Assembly: GCA_951406725.2 (NCBI GenBank)
Contig: OX597826.1
Span: 15,438,001 to 15,502,000 of the forward strand
Length of the DNA: 64,000 nucleotides
From: Octopus vulgaris
Lineage: Eukaryota
Direction of reading: 5' to 3'
Shown one piece after another: positions 13,581 through 28,798 of the stretch (positions are counted from its first letter, which is position 1; each line of letters opens with the position of its first letter). The position numbers and the translations under genes were made by a program. The notes below the pieces were generated by a model. That model was not told the origin of the DNA and did no database searches. It saw only the letters and a list, made by a program, of their open reading frames with translations.

Positions 13581-13849
13581 AGGCACCAAGATAGCCATAG
13601 ACGCATAAAAAATCGTAGGTAATGAACTGAGAGATAGATGTGACACGCATTGAGAATACACACCCAAACACATATGCATGTTATATTCCTATTTTGTCTT
13701 TAGACGTATGTATAATCCTTTTTGTGCGTGCGTGTGTATGCGTATATAGACGTGTGCGGATATGCGCTTATATGGGCATGTGTGTGTGTGCGTGCATAAG
13801 GGTGTATCCGTATATGAACGAGGGTTACTCTTTATAGACTTCCTTATGC

Positions 13850-14018
13850 TTTTTTTCTGTATTGAAACTGAAGAGATGGTGGTGTGGATTTCCACCTCGG
13901 CACCCGAAACTCAGAGTTTTATCTTGGCTACCGAATAATTGTCACATATTATATTTACAGATAAGTTCCTCTATTTACATAATATTGAGGTCTTTGTGTT
14001 ATCTTACCGTTTTAACCA

Positions 14019-14022
<4 letters not shown>
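13850..14022 (+). mobile_element. Penelope-type terminal remnant with hammerhead-like core, ending at (TA)n
   Basis: CTGAAGA (13868) ... GAAAC tcaga GTT with a weak helix I; homologous pieces at 30512-30592 (-) and 37824-37984 (internally inverted). Confidence 0.6.
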
Positions 14023-14054
<32 letters not shown>

Positions 14055-14389
14055 TAGTTATACATATACATAGAGAGAGAGAGGGGGGAGAAGGAGAAAG
14101 AGAGATGAGGCGAAAAGAGTGAGAGGGAACAGATAAAAGAGTGAGGTGAAGAGTGAGATTTTTTAGACTTATTTTGCACGAAAAAGACACACACACATAC
14201 ACACACACATACAGTGGCACACTTACAAGAGCGCGCTTGCGAGCACGAATTTATTCGTATATATTGGAGTGTGTATGTGTGCTTGTGTGTGTGTGAGTAC
14301 GTGTGTGTGTGTGCCTGTGTGCGTATGTCTGAGTACACACATATACAGGCACATATACATATATATATCTGTATACATACAGATGAGTA

Positions 14390-14420
<31 letters not shown>

Positions 14421-14428
14421 ACGTGTGT

Positions 14429-14485
<57 letters not shown>

Positions 14486-15299
14486 TGTGTGTGTGCCAGT
14501 GTGTGTGCATCCTCCAAGACAAGCGGGTAAGCGTATCAGATACGAACAAAATTAACAGTATCAGCAGCCAATCAGAGATCTACTACGTGGTCGCATGAAA
14601 TGCTAGAAGTAGCAGCCAATCCACGACATCTTTCGCAGAAATACACCCTAGTGTCTAAAGAACCGAAAATAAGGACGTTCTGCGACTGAATATGCGACTA
14701 AATAAAAAATGAAAGTAAAATAACGACAGTAACAAAGAAGGGGACGAGCACACACAAATCAGTTTCTAATACAATCTCGATGGTGGGAGGGATCGAATGA
14801 GCATTTCTATTGTCCCAGAGTTCAATAAACGAAATTAGGTACGAACACACCAAACTGTGTGCTCGTATCGATCTATTAGACCAATAAACTCCTTTATTAT
14901 CATTATCGAATTATCAACAGTTAACATGTCAAACAGAGCCCCAGCTGGCTTATATAACAACAATAGCAACAACAACACTGAATCATGTGAAGATGTGTGT
15001 ATTCGTGTTATCTGTGGACACACCCACCAGAATAATCATTGTCGTCGTTACAACCACAACTGTCGTCGTATTGACTATCTGTGACATTGTTTGGGATGGC
15101 AGGAATTTGATATGCTGATTGGTTGACAGGTGCGTTTCTCAGGTAAGCGGATGTATGTAAGTAACTGGAATGAGACAGGACTGTCTCTCAGCGTGCGTTC
15201 GTTTTCTCACTGGGATCAGTGCACGGATTTCATTTTCAGGGGGCAAGCTATTATTTTGTTTCTTAAATTTACCTTAGCACACATATATGTGTGCTGATG

Positions 15300-15405
<106 letters not shown>

Positions 15406-15416
15406 TACACACACAT

Positions 15417-15447
<31 letters not shown>

Positions 15448-15515
15448 TATGTCTATATATACATGCATATATATATAAATATACATATATATATATATAT
15501 ATATATTATATATCT

Positions 15516-15560
<45 letters not shown>

Positions 15561-15585
15561 AAATTGAAAAAGGGTAGAAATTGAT

Positions 15586-15622
<37 letters not shown>

Positions 15623-15663
15623 TATATATATATAGATAGATATATAGATAGATAGATAGATAC

Positions 15664-15698
<35 letters not shown>

Positions 15699-16124
15699 TA
15701 TACATATGCATGTATACCAACACGTATATATTATATGTGGATGTATACGTAAATACAAGGATACACGTATATACACACACACATGCATGCATACAAATAT
15801 GCAGGCACACCCATATATTCACACACACACATACACACACAAAAACACGCATATATGTATACAGGTATTCACATATGTATACACGAGTGTTTGTGTGTGT
15901 GTGTGTGTGTGTGTTTGTATTTGGATGGACGGATGTGTATTGACCGCATCATTGCACCACTCTACAAACATCTATATAACCCCCACTCTTCACACATTCA
16001 TGTGTATATAATTCTACACATACATACGCACACACGTTGTTGGTCTTTTCCCCCCTATTTTCTGGTTTCTTTTCAGTTGTTGTTTTATTTCCCCCCTACC
16101 ATTCCTCTTACAGTTACTTTCTAC

Positions 16125-16235
16125 TATAACTACTATCACGCCCCACAACCTCAACCACCACCAACAGCACCACCGCCACTACCACTACGACCACTATCAC
16201 AACGACGACGACGACGACAACCACCACTACTGTTG

Positions 16236-16279
<44 letters not shown>

Positions 16280-16288
16280 GCCACCACC

Positions 16289-16319
<31 letters not shown>

Positions 16320-16423
16320 ATACTACTACCACCACCACCGCCACCAACGCCACCACCACCACCACCACTACTACTACTACTAATACTACTATTACCACCG
16401 CCACCGCCACCACCGCCGCCGCA

Positions 16424-16474
<51 letters not shown>

Positions 16475-16525
16475 GCTACTGCTGCTACTGCTGCTACTAC
16501 TGCTGCAGCTGCTGCTGCTACTACC
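16125..16525. repeat. Compound (CCA)n/(CTA)n/(CTG)n microsatellite
   Basis: Seen directly; the poly-Pro/Leu ORFs here are artefacts. Confidence 0.95.
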
Positions 16526-16743
16526 TCTCTCAAATGGCAAGCTAAATGCTTATGAGATTTTAGTTATGTTCTTTTGTGATCTGTGTTCGAATCTGGCCAA
16601 TGTCGACTTCGCGTATATATTCTTGCGGGCTCGAGGAAAAAAGGAATTATGATACCGCAATTTACTCGGATCAATCTAATCAACTTCGATCTTTGACACG
16701 TCCTCTCAAACAGAATATTTTGTAGCATTTAAAAAAATTAGAG

Positions 16744-17320
<577 letters not shown>

Positions 17321-18122
17321 GTTGGTTTTATTGCTTGCATTGCTTGGTGTGCCCTTAATTCAAGTCTCCCCGTTTCTAATCGAATCCTTCCAAACTCGAC
17401 TTTCACTTTCATTGTCAACATGGTCCACCCATTATTCGACGGGAAGCAGGTACCCGACTGGATCGAACCAACTGCACTTTACCCACACAACAAACATTTG
17501 ACCTCTGTATCTGTTAGAAATTATAATAACAATTACCATAGTTATTGTTAGTCTCGAACCAAATGACACACTGTACTATTTTAACTACCGACGTTCTGCG
17601 ATCGAGTCCTGCTGGAATCAACGTTCACTTGTTGCAGTTTATTTATTCATATCGGACGGCGATTGGGCAGACCTATACTTCTTGTATTTTAGGCATTGTT
17701 TATCTAGAAGTACATTGTTTAAATTGCTCGATTTAGAAAAAAAAAAAATATATATATATATAGTAGCTATTTCTAGCGGATTGAACCAGCACAGGGAAGC
17801 TTTCACATGTGTTAAGAAATCGCCTACTGAGGAGTCAATCCACTCGGATGTAAATTGCAACCACCCCCTCGCACATCCGCGATAAACAAATACGAAACTT
17901 TGTGAAACATAAAAGACATCGTTATTAGCAACAATTATTACATGAACATCTTTGTTTACTTACCCACATTGATGACCACTGGGCGGTTATGATCGATCTT
18001 GTTACCACTAGCTAGGGGCAACACGTAGCTCAGTGTTATGAAGGTAAACACATCACCTAACATGCTGGTCTCGGTTTCTGTTGCTGTTGTTGCTCTCGTT
18101 GGTGGCGCAGCAGCAGTATTTC

Positions 18123-18156
<34 letters not shown>

Positions 18157-19824
18157 TGCTGTTGTTGTTGATGTTGTTCTTGTTGTTGCTGGTTTATTTA
18201 GTAGCGAGAGGAAATTGTACTGGCGAATGTTATTGTTATGTTAGATGTTGGTGGCGTCGCGTGTCGACTGGTCAGTGCACGCCCTAACTGGTCACAATCC
18301 TGCTTCGGTCTGTGCCAGTGGGTACTGGTATCCCACAAAACGGCGGCATAGTTCCAGTGTGTCTGCCGAGTGGAAGCGAGAAAAACAACTTGTCATAGTG
18401 TGTAGATATGCATTAAAGTACGGCGTGTGCATGTGTATGTGTGTGTATAATTCTACAAACATGTGCGTGTTTGTATATAGTTGTATAAACTATGTAAGTG
18501 TGTAGTTATGTATAGTTGTATAAAGTATGAGTGAGTGTGATAACGCCTGGTAGATATACGTTAGTGTATGATAGTGTGTATGTGCGTGTGTATATATGTA
18601 TGTAGCAGATGCGTTCCTGTCTGTGTGTGGGTCAGTTTGCGTTTGACTATATAAGTGTGTGACATTTAGTGATCTTTGTGTGTGTGTGTGCGCGTGTACA
18701 TGTATACATGTGCTGATGTGAGGAAGTGTGTACGACAGAATAATAAGTGTTTACGAGTTAGAACTCATCCAGAGTTAGAAATAAAGAGATAGATAAAGGG
18801 AGAGTAAGAGAGAGGGAGAGAGAGGGAGAGAGAGGAGAGAGAGGAGAGAGAGAAAGGGAGAATGATAGAGAGAAATAGGAAGTAAAAAGAGTAACAGAGA
18901 AAACGCAACCGAAGAATTACTTTAGTGTGTATGTGTGTTAGCGGCCAAATGTGTGTTTGGTTGTGCGTGTTTAGGTTTGTGTGTTTGTGTGCGCGCACGA
19001 GTGTGAGCCTGTTTAATTGGGTGATATGGGTTGTGTGTGTGCGTGTGTGCGTGTGTGCGTGAGCTGATATGTGTGTGTCTGTGTGAGTTTATGTGAGTGT
19101 GTGTGTGTAATAATGTTTAATAATGTATAAGTATATATCAATTGCTAAGTGATGTTTCAGTGTTTGTGTGAGGGTATATGTGAATATGTGTGTGTATCTG
19201 TGTGTGTATGTGTGTCACAGTAAGAGAAAAAGAGAGCGAAAGAGTGAGCAAAAGAAGTGAGAGAGGCAGAGCGTGAGAGAGAGACAGAAAGAGCAAGAAA
19301 GATAAAGATAAAAAAAAAGAGAAAGAGAAAGACGGAGAGAGACAGAGGGAGATTGAATGACACCTAATTTGTGCGTGTGTGTGTCCGTGTGTGCGCGCGG
19401 ATCTGAGCGTACATGTTTGTGTGTGTATGTGTGTGTGTGTGTATGTGCTTGATACTATGTCATTTTTGGATCTCTGTGTAACGATGCTTCTTTCCAAGAG
19501 AGTGTCTGTGTCTTTGATAAAATATTTTTTGTGTTACCACAGAATGTAATTGTGTATACTGTGAATAGGTGAGGGTATATACGTGTGTAATAGTGTGCAG
19601 GACTTTCGAAATGGTTGCGGATGTGTGCGCGAACGTGTGTCCTATTATGCCCCGCGTTTACGATAGGGTTTCTTTGGAACTCTGTGTGTGTCTGTGTGTC
19701 TGCGTGTATGACAGTCTCTCACCCTTTCGCACCTTGTTTCTGCCACTCTCTGTACGCGTGTACACACACACGCAAACACATATGTACATACACACATGCA
19801 TACATACATGCATACGTATCTATC

Positions 19825-19863
<39 letters not shown>

Positions 19864-19880
19864 GTCTGTCTGTCTGTCTG

Positions 19881-19964
<84 letters not shown>

Positions 19965-19965
19965 C

Positions 19966-20360
19966 TTTTTTACTCTTTTACTCTTTTACTTGTTTCATTC
20001 ATGTGCCTGTGGCCATGCTGGAGCACCGCCTTTAGTCGAGCAAATGGATTCCAGGAGTTATTCTTTGTAAGCCTAGTACTTATTCTATCGGTTTCTTTGC
20101 CGAACCGCTAGGTTACGGGGTATGTAAATACACCAGCATCGGTTCTCAAGCGATGTTGGGAGGAAAAACACAGACACACAAACACATACACAGACATACT
20201 CATACATATATACGACGGGCTACTTTCAGTTTCCGTCTACCAAATCCACTCACAAGGCTTTGGTAGGCCCAAGGCTATAGTAGAAGACATTTTCCTAAGG
20301 TGCCACGCAGTGGGACTGAACTCGGAACCATGTGGTTTGTAAGCAAGCTACTTACCACAC
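19966..20360 (-). mobile_element. SINE family C, near full length
   Basis: Reverse-complement match to 47293-47735. Confidence 0.9.
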
Positions 20361-20394
20361 AGCCACTCCTAATATATATATATGTGTGTGTGTG

Positions 20395-20665
20395 TCTGTG
20401 TGTGTGTGCGTGTATACGTGTGAATGTCTGTATCTTTGCGTGTGTGTACGTGGGTCCTCGTGTTCGCCCTCCCCCCGCTTACGTACTGGTTTTGGTCTAT
20501 TTACGTCCTCGTAGTTTAGCCATTGGGCAGAGCAGAGAAGAACAAGTACCAGCTGAAAAAAACTTAATGAATTTGGGAATTTGGGTTCATTTATTCGATT
20601 AAACACTTCAAGACGGTGCCCCAGCTCGGCTGCGATTGAAAGACTGCAACGAGTATAAGATCAGA
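20395..20665 (+). mobile_element. SINE family C, decayed 3' half
   Basis: agaacaagtaccag...ggtgccccagc..tgaaagactgcaac. Confidence 0.65.
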
Positions 20666-20734
20666 AAGAATTTCTATATACATGCATACATACATGCATA
20701 CACACATATATACATACATACATGTATATATACA

Positions 20735-20766
<32 letters not shown>

Positions 20767-20989
20767 AATATATATATATATATATATCTTTTATTTTCTT
20801 TATCTTTTTGTTTATCTAGTTTCAGCTCACGAGCTGTGGCCATGCTGGGGCACCGCCATATATATATAAACTAGGCTTACAAAGAATAAATCCTGGGGTC
20901 AATTTGTTCGATTAAAGGCAGTGCTGAAACCAGTATAAGAATAAAAGAATATACGTATATGTGTGTGTGTTTGTGTGTATGTATGTGTG

Positions 20990-21022
<33 letters not shown>

Positions 21023-21322
21023 CTATTCATATGTATGACGTGTGTGATTCTGACTGTCGGTCACTATCTTAATTTCTCTTCCTCTCCATTCAGTCTTCCA
21101 TTCTCTGGTTGATTCCCCCCCCACTCCATCTTTTACGCATACACATAAACACACATACACAAACACATACGCACACACGCACACATACACTCACAGACGC
21201 GGCTGCACACACACACACATGCACAGAAAAAAAAAAGTCGCGCACAATTGCACTTCACTCAAGCATATCCATCTCTCGTCCCCCCTCTCTTACACACACA
21301 CATATATATATACACTCATATA

Positions 21323-21395
<73 letters not shown>

Positions 21396-21405
21396 GGATA
21401 TATAT

Positions 21406-21476
<71 letters not shown>

Positions 21477-21751
21477 AATGTATATCGTCTCACATATCTA
21501 CAAATGCATGTATGCTAGAGACACAAATATCACACACACTCACACGCATACACTCACATGTACACGATCATTACTTTAGTACTTATCAGCGCTATTGGGC
21601 GAATCGGTTGTTTGTGGCTTTGTCTGTGTGTGCGCCACAATGTATCTGGACTTGTAAATGTATTGCATTTCTTCGATATTCTCTGCGATAGTTTATGCTT
21701 TCTTAACCCTTGTGTGTCGCTGATTCAGCAAACCTCCAGATAATAGCATCG

Positions 21752-22155
21752 TCAGTGAGCTGGCAGAATCGCTAGCGCGCTGGACGTTATGCTTAGCGGT
21801 ATTTCGTCTGCCGCTACGTTCTGACTTCAAATTCCACCGAGGTCGACTTTGCCTTTCATCCTTTCGGGGTCGATTAAATAATTACCAGTTACGCACTGGA
21901 GTCGATGTAATCGACTTAATCTGTTTGTCTGTCCTTGTTTGCCCTCTCTGTGTTTAGCCCCTTGTGGGTAGTAAAGGAATAGGTATTTCGCCCGTTGCTA
22001 AATTCCGAGTTCAAATTCCGTCGAGGTCGAATATACCTTTCATTCTTTTGGGGTCGATAAAATAGGTACCAGTTGAACGCTGGGGTTGATGTCATAGACA
22101 CATCTCCTCCCACAAAATTGCTGCCCTTGCGGCAAAATCTTAAACCATTATTTTA
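21752..22155 (+). mobile_element. SINE family B (Nin-domain-like), dimeric copy
   Basis: gagctggcagaatcg head; gcctttcatcctttcggggtcgat core present twice; the two units have different tails. Confidence 0.85.
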
Positions 22156-22299
22156 AGTCAGTTATATCGCATTTTATCCTGCATTAGTAACTATGGCCCG
22201 TTTTATTTAAAGACCGTCGCACCCCGGTTGATTTCTCTTGCAAGTTGAATAACCCCCTAGAGGTCCTGTTGCGGCATGCCTCTGTGCTTTTTGTATTTC

Positions 22300-23060
22300 A
22301 TCTTTTATTTTTGCTTTCTCTTACTTGTTTCAGTTATAGCATTGCGGCTATGCTGGGGCACTGCCTTGAAAAGTTTAGTCTGAAAAACGCCTCGCAGTAC
22401 TTGACTTTTTTAAAGTTTGGTACTTGTCTTTCTGTATGTATTCATAAGGGCCGCTTTCCCGGTTTCCTTGGCGTATAGGTTCCCCACATGGACGTGACGC
22501 CGGTCCGTCGCAGGTGAGCTGCAAGATGCAGGAGGAAAGAGTGAGAGAAAGTTGTGGCGAAAGAGTCAGCAGAAGTTCGCCATTACCTTCTGCCGGAGCC
22601 GTGTGGTGCTTAGGTGTTTCGCTCATAAACACACACATCAACCCGGTCTGAGGTTCGAACCCGCGATCCCTCGACCGCGAGTCCGCTGCTCTAACCACTA
22701 GGTCATGTGCCTCCACTTGTCTTTCGGGTATCTTTTGCCATTAAATTACTGATACGTAAACAATCCGACGCTGGTTATCAAGCGGGAGGGACAAACATAA
22801 ACAGAAATACACATATACGCACACACACATTCATACGCACACATACGCGCACACACACACATATACACATTTCCATGTATGCAGATAAACATGCGTATCG
22901 ATACACATACATATTGTTTAGACAAACGTGGTGTGTGCGGGGGCATTTGTCGGCCCGCAGCTGTAACAGAATAAAGTTGCCCAAAGAACCGCACAGTGTG
23001 ACTGAATCAGAAACCATGAGCTTGCAAAATGGTTCTTAATACCGCAGTCATGCTTTCGCC
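22300..23060 (-). mobile_element. Old SINE family C copy split by a family A insertion
   Basis: Family C tail at 22300-22430; the remainder resumes after 22717. Confidence 0.7.
22433..22716 (-). mobile_element. tRNA-derived SINE, family A, tail type 3 (nested)
   Basis: Head matches the 3523 and 13194 copies; TSD ttgtctttc at 22424-22432 and 22717-22725. Confidence 0.9.
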
Positions 23061-24237
23061 TATCTATTATGTCTGTATTTTGCTATTCGATTATTTTTTT
23101 AGTGGTTGCTGGTATTGAAATTACAGCCATGCTTGAGCACCATCTGAAGATTTTATTGACTCTATTAAACTCAGTACTTTATTCTCAGCAGTTGGACATC
23201 TATAGTGTGTGCCACCAGGGGCAGATCTTGTGTTTTACCCGCACCCATTACGGCCAACCCAGCCTATACAAGCTCATAGAACAGATCCGTAAGTGCTACC
23301 TTCTTAGAAACGTTGACTGAGACGGATCGGCCCTTCGTCTCCCTGTCACCTATGCTACTGGCACTCAGGTATATCTCTTTCTTTATCTAATGGTCCAACA
23401 ATAGAATCCAATGACTGGATTCAGTAATATAGATAGTATTGTATGTCTTGGAATATGAGTGATTTTATGTCTATATTTTAAGTATTTTCTGTATCCAGAT
23501 GTGTGTGTGCGCGTATCTGTGTGTCTGTGTGTGTTTCCGTGTATCTGTTAGTGTGCACCTATATGTGTTTTTAGCATACGATTGTGTATTTATATTTGTG
23601 TATGTATAAATGTGTACACATGTTAGAACGTTATTACTTATATGGTTGTTTGTGCATAAATATATGCCAAGTGACTAAGGGACCTAGTGGTTAAGGTGAT
23701 CCGCTTACAATCATTATATCGTGGGTTGAATTCTCGGATCGGGCAGCGCGCTGTGTCCGTGAGCATGGTACTTCATTTCGTATTGTCACATCTAAAAATA
23801 AGTGTCAGCTGAGTGTTGGGACTCCTGTCCTTGTTTGCCAGCTGATGTATATTGGATATGCCACTTGGAGAGTCATAAGAGTCTTATCTGCTCGCAACTA
23901 CAAATTCATCAAAAAACGATGAGTGAATGCACAGTACATGTTAACAAGCTATACTCGTCTATGAGTGTGTGTATATTTGTGAGTGTATGTGAGTTTTTGT
24001 ATGAGTGTATCTTCTTGAATCTCTCAGAAATATCTTGGTTATTGTGTTTACGCATGTATACCTGTGTATCCGAGACATTTATGCGCCATGTTGCTTTTCT
24101 ATACGCTTTTCATTGTGTGTATATGTACTAGTGAGATAGGAAAATATATCAAATATCATTAAGTTCCGCCAATTTCAATGCGTTATGCTGTTTTCATTGA
24201 TATATATATAAGTAAATTTGTGTGTGTCTGTGTGTGT

Positions 24238-24287
<50 letters not shown>

Positions 24288-25221
24288 GTGAACTTTCATT
24301 TACATTTAGTTAATATCTCATTAGGCTGTGTATTCGACAAACGCTTTTGTTTCTGAAGCATATATATATTGAGTATCACTACATATATATTGAGGTTATA
24401 ACACACATGCTGAACTACACCAGCGGCTAATGTAGAATTGTTTTCTCAAAATCAGTATTATTTTTAAATAGACCGGATTAATAACATGATTGAGACCACT
24501 AGTAGGTACCGGGTTTATGTGTATGAAGCACTACAAAGGAAAGAAAATAAGAAATAATTGTGATTATATTTATATATCGGTACAACATGATCGAATGATC
24601 AAGAAATCTGCTTCGCATCCACGAAGTGCTATATTGGACAAACGCTGTTTTCTATAGCTTTGGTTCCACCCAAATTGGATAAATAAAAATTGTTAGCAGA
24701 TACTATTCTTAGTTAAGTCCTATAAGGGAAAGGAATTTAAAAGATCCTAGTATATTTGTATGAATTAATATTAGGAAATCGTGTTCCCAAAGACCGATTT
24801 TTCGGCTGATTGCATTCACTCTTGCCTACAAAATGTATTAGCAAACATTTTAAATCATTGATTTATGTTAAAAGATAACCATCTTACACAACAATATATT
24901 TTACACAATCTATACTTCAAATAACATCCAAATATCTCTTAATCTCTTTCTGTTATGTGTAACTATTTATTCCACATTTGCTTGTAAATCCGACAGATAA
25001 ACTTAAACATTTACAGCTCTATGTTATTATTCTTCATACTCCCCCTGTCTCTCTCTCACCCTCCCATCCTCTCTCTCATTTCTTTATTTCTCTTCCTCTC
25101 TCTTTCTCTGCCTCTCACACACACACTCACTCTCTCACATATAGTGTATGTGTGTCCTTGGGCGCGTGTGCTCGCGTGAGTAGGTTCTTTGTTTCACGCT
25201 TCAGTTCCAAACTTCATACAT

Positions 25222-25451
25222 TTTTACCTTTTTCACTTTTACTTGTTTCAAGCATTTAATTGGGGTCATGCTGGGGCACCGCCTTCAGGAATTGTTAGTT
25301 GAATGAATCGACTCCAGTAAATATTTTTAACCTGGTACTTATTCTATCGGCTTGTTTGGCCGAACCGTTAAGTTACAGGGTCGTAAATACACCAGCAGCA
25401 GTTGTCAAGCGGTGGTGGGGGACGAACACAGATACAAAAACACTCACGAAT

Positions 25452-25491
<40 letters not shown>

Positions 25492-25591
25492 GCACACACA
25501 CAAACACAGAGACAAATCCATTCATAAAGGATTGAACGCAGAACCATGTGATTGAGAAGCAAACTTTTTACCACACAGTCACGCCTGCACC
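25222..25591 (-). mobile_element. SINE family C with internal deletion
   Basis: Tail, (CA)n middle and head (cacgcctgcacc) recognisable. Confidence 0.8.
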
Positions 25592-25848
25592 TTATATCAT
25601 ATCAAATAATTGCTTCAATATTTTTTCTCTCATTTTTTTTTCTATTTTTATCATCCACCAAATAAAATAATTGCACAGCAAAACATTCTGCCTATACACT
25701 TGTGGCTGTCCTTTATCTATATGTTGTGCTATAATAATTATGATTTAATGAGATATCCCAATAATGCAGAGGAGGTGTCAGTTTATCTTTCAGTGCTTCA
25801 AAGTTTGATTGACAAAGAACTATATATATGTGTGTGTGTTTGTGTATG

Positions 25849-25895
<47 letters not shown>

Positions 25896-26039
25896 GCATC
25901 TTGAATCCATTAGTCGTCACGTCTGTTTCCATTACTCCATCTTATGTTTCGGATAAAATATTGATCTATAACAGAATACATGTAGGCAACAAAGCTAAAA
26001 ACCATAATTCTCATAAACATACCTCCTTCCCATGAAACC

Positions 26040-27060
26040 TTAATTACACTCCCCACCTGTCCGATATTTTTTAATTATATCTTGAGACCATATACATATA
26101 ATTAAGCAACTTTATAATTTTTATAAACCTCTTTCTTTTCGGTTTTAAATACTAAAGTCTTCATACCTCACAATTATTTTCAGAAAAATATAAACAACAG
26201 AAAGCATTATATACATTAGTAGCACATACGCTTTTAATACTTTTTATATCAAATCAGTTTCCTTGCATCATAACACGTGATCATGATTTGAAGTTTTTAA
26301 TATTCTCCGACTATTAGAAATCAATCTGAAGATTTTCTTTTACAGCTTAGCAGCTTACTTATTCTTAATATCAAGCCATATTCTAAAATGCATACCATCT
26401 GATTATAATTTGGTAATCTTAACAGCACATTAATCTTGTGTCTAAATCCAGTCATTCTCCTCACTCTTAATTTTTTCTGCTAAAATATGTTTTCTCTATA
26501 GCTCTCATACCACATTTCTACATTACACACACAAATCCGAAGAGATATACATCATCTGACAGCTTTCCTGCTTTAAACTTCTAAATACTCTCAATTTATC
26601 AACCATAGCCATGCTTAAACACTAGGAAAAAATTTCTTATTTATTTTCATTTAGGGGATATTGTATTTATAACTGCTACGTGCCCCCGCATTTCCCCATT
26701 AATAGTACATCATATCGTATTTTTGTATTGTTATATCTGTTCAACAATACTGCATTCTTAAAACATAGATTGAGATACCCAGAACAAATACTTTTGTCGA
26801 ATTATGTATGCTACATCTATTTTAAATATCTTAAATACAGTTATTTCAGCTATACAGACATCTTTTATTATCTCTGAAAAATACTAACAATATGTCATAA
26901 TTGATATATTTCTATTAATAATCAGAAATACAAAACCTCTTTCCATTTAACCGCTATATACTAAAATCCATTTCTCCAGCTTCAAAAAGGAAATAAAAGA
27001 AAACTTCAACAATTTCTCAAATTATCCCAATATAAATTTTTGGAGTACAGAAAATACGAG
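26040..27060 (-). pseudogene. Decayed Penelope-type reverse transcriptase relic
   Basis: Hand translation of the minus strand gives LLMGKCGG, KLSDDVYLF, LDLDTRL and SNHDHV in the order expected for the PLE RT motifs G.PMG / YVDD / FLD / S.HP; many stops. Confidence 0.35.
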
Positions 27061-27179
27061 TGAACAATACAGTGCTGATACAAATTTAGATTTAGTCTTA
27101 ATGAGACAGAGTAATCAGTTTTGTAAGTACCCAACTGTAGCTTAGTTCCTTACACAGTTAGTCTCAAGCGAGTTTCTTG

Positions 27180-27620
27180 TCATGTACACAATGTGGGACA
27201 CTGTGAAGGAACAAAGTTCCAAGGTACGGGTCGTAGAAAACGGAAGAAGACAAGCTGGAGCAGGTGTTAGAGTTTAATGGATTGCTTTTTGCTGAAGCCA
27301 GTAATTTGCAATTTTTTGGATAATGACAAACGCATTACAGTGACGGACTTATTTCAAAATATTGGTAATTCAACTTTTGCAGATGGCATCAGATAACGAA
27401 GTCTTCGGCAACATGTAACAAATGTTCTATCCATGTGGTGTTCGAATGGAGAGACTTGCCTCAGGAGAATATTCCATCATTGAGATGTTGAATATCAAGA
27501 AGAGTTCCTCAGCAATATTGGCCACTGGATATCGAACCTTATTTCTTTGATGAAATTTGCCTAGCCAAGCTTATAGTCATTTCCATATCTGAAATATATT
27601 CGTTTAATCTTTCATTTAAC
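27180..27620 (+). pseudogene. Decayed mariner-like transposase fragment
   Basis: LDNDKRITVTDL..IG.S and EFLSNI-ATG resemble the mariner motifs 'D.RIT..L' and 'FL..IVTGDE'; frameshifted. Confidence 0.35.
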
Positions 27621-28624
27621 AGAGAAAGCTGTTTTAGTAGATCTACGTGTAAACACTCGAGAGTCTCAGTTTTTGAAAACAAAACGTATAACTATGAAGA
27701 TACTCGGTTTTAAAACATTTTCAAAACATTCTCGTTGTATTCAGCTGCTAATGTTTTGTGTAATAACTATGCAGATTAACAGGGTACGATTATATGAAAC
27801 CCATCAATTTAAGCACGCTCTTAAGGACTAATAGCTTGGCTACGTGTCTGCTGCAGTAACACACGAGAACTACAGGTCTGACAGCACGGCCGAGAATACT
27901 TCCAAACTAAACTAAACTAAACTATGCTAACTTAACCAGAGTTGATCCCATGATATGTGCCAAATCAACCGTTTTGAGTAACAAATTGAATTCCGAAAGT
28001 AGATTGGTTTTTTTTTACGCTCATATCACTACACATTATGTCTTCAAGATTTCCTATTGGTTCCATCATGTATTTTAAGTTGCTGAATTGAAAATAAAGA
28101 ACGGAGACGACACGATCCGAAGAACTTATGCAAGAGTTAACATTTTATGTATTTATTTATTTATTCATTTTTGCTTAAGCCTGCTTCCTTCAACGAATCA
28201 TTTTGAATCACCGGAAGTAGAGAGAGGCTTGAGACAGTCAGCTCTCCTTGCTGCACTAGTTGCTATAATGCAGCGAAAATCACTTTCTGAACACCAGATA
28301 CGATATTTGTCTTGAGTTGGGAATCCTTTCTTTAACATTACAATTATTAGTAAACTTACAAGTGTGAAGCGCATGGATGCTCATCAAATATATCTTTCCT
28401 TTTAATATTGTACATTATATTTTCATGATTTCACGTAAAAAATAAGGTGCTCTCCATATCCATATATTTGTGTTCCTCCCATTTCTTAACTTTGGAAGAG
28501 TCATTTTTGTCCTTGCTCGGACGATTCACAAGCTGAAGAGTGGTACTTTGCATAAATAGATGGCAGCCAACGACAATACATAGATAACTAAATATATATA
28601 CACGCTTTGAAGATAAGCTTGACT

Positions 28625-28759
28625 CTGTGAAAAGAAATGTACTTCCTAAGCACATAACTGCGGGTCCAGTCCCACTGCATGGCACCTTGGGCAACTGTAT
28701 TCCAGGACCGACCAAAAATTTGTGAGTGGATTTGGTTAAGGAAACCGAAAGGAGCTATC

Positions 28760-28760
<1 letters not shown>
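28625..28760 (+). mobile_element. SINE family C, 5' part, decayed
   Basis: cagtcccactgcatggcaccttgggcaa...tgtgagtggatttgg. Confidence 0.75.

Positions 28761-28798
<38 letters not shown>

Noticed and set aside
15135-15150. Splice-donor-like CAG|GTAAGC (also at 552-561) and CCAAT boxes
   Set aside because: Isolated short motifs with no supporting exon ORF; expected by chance or inside repeats
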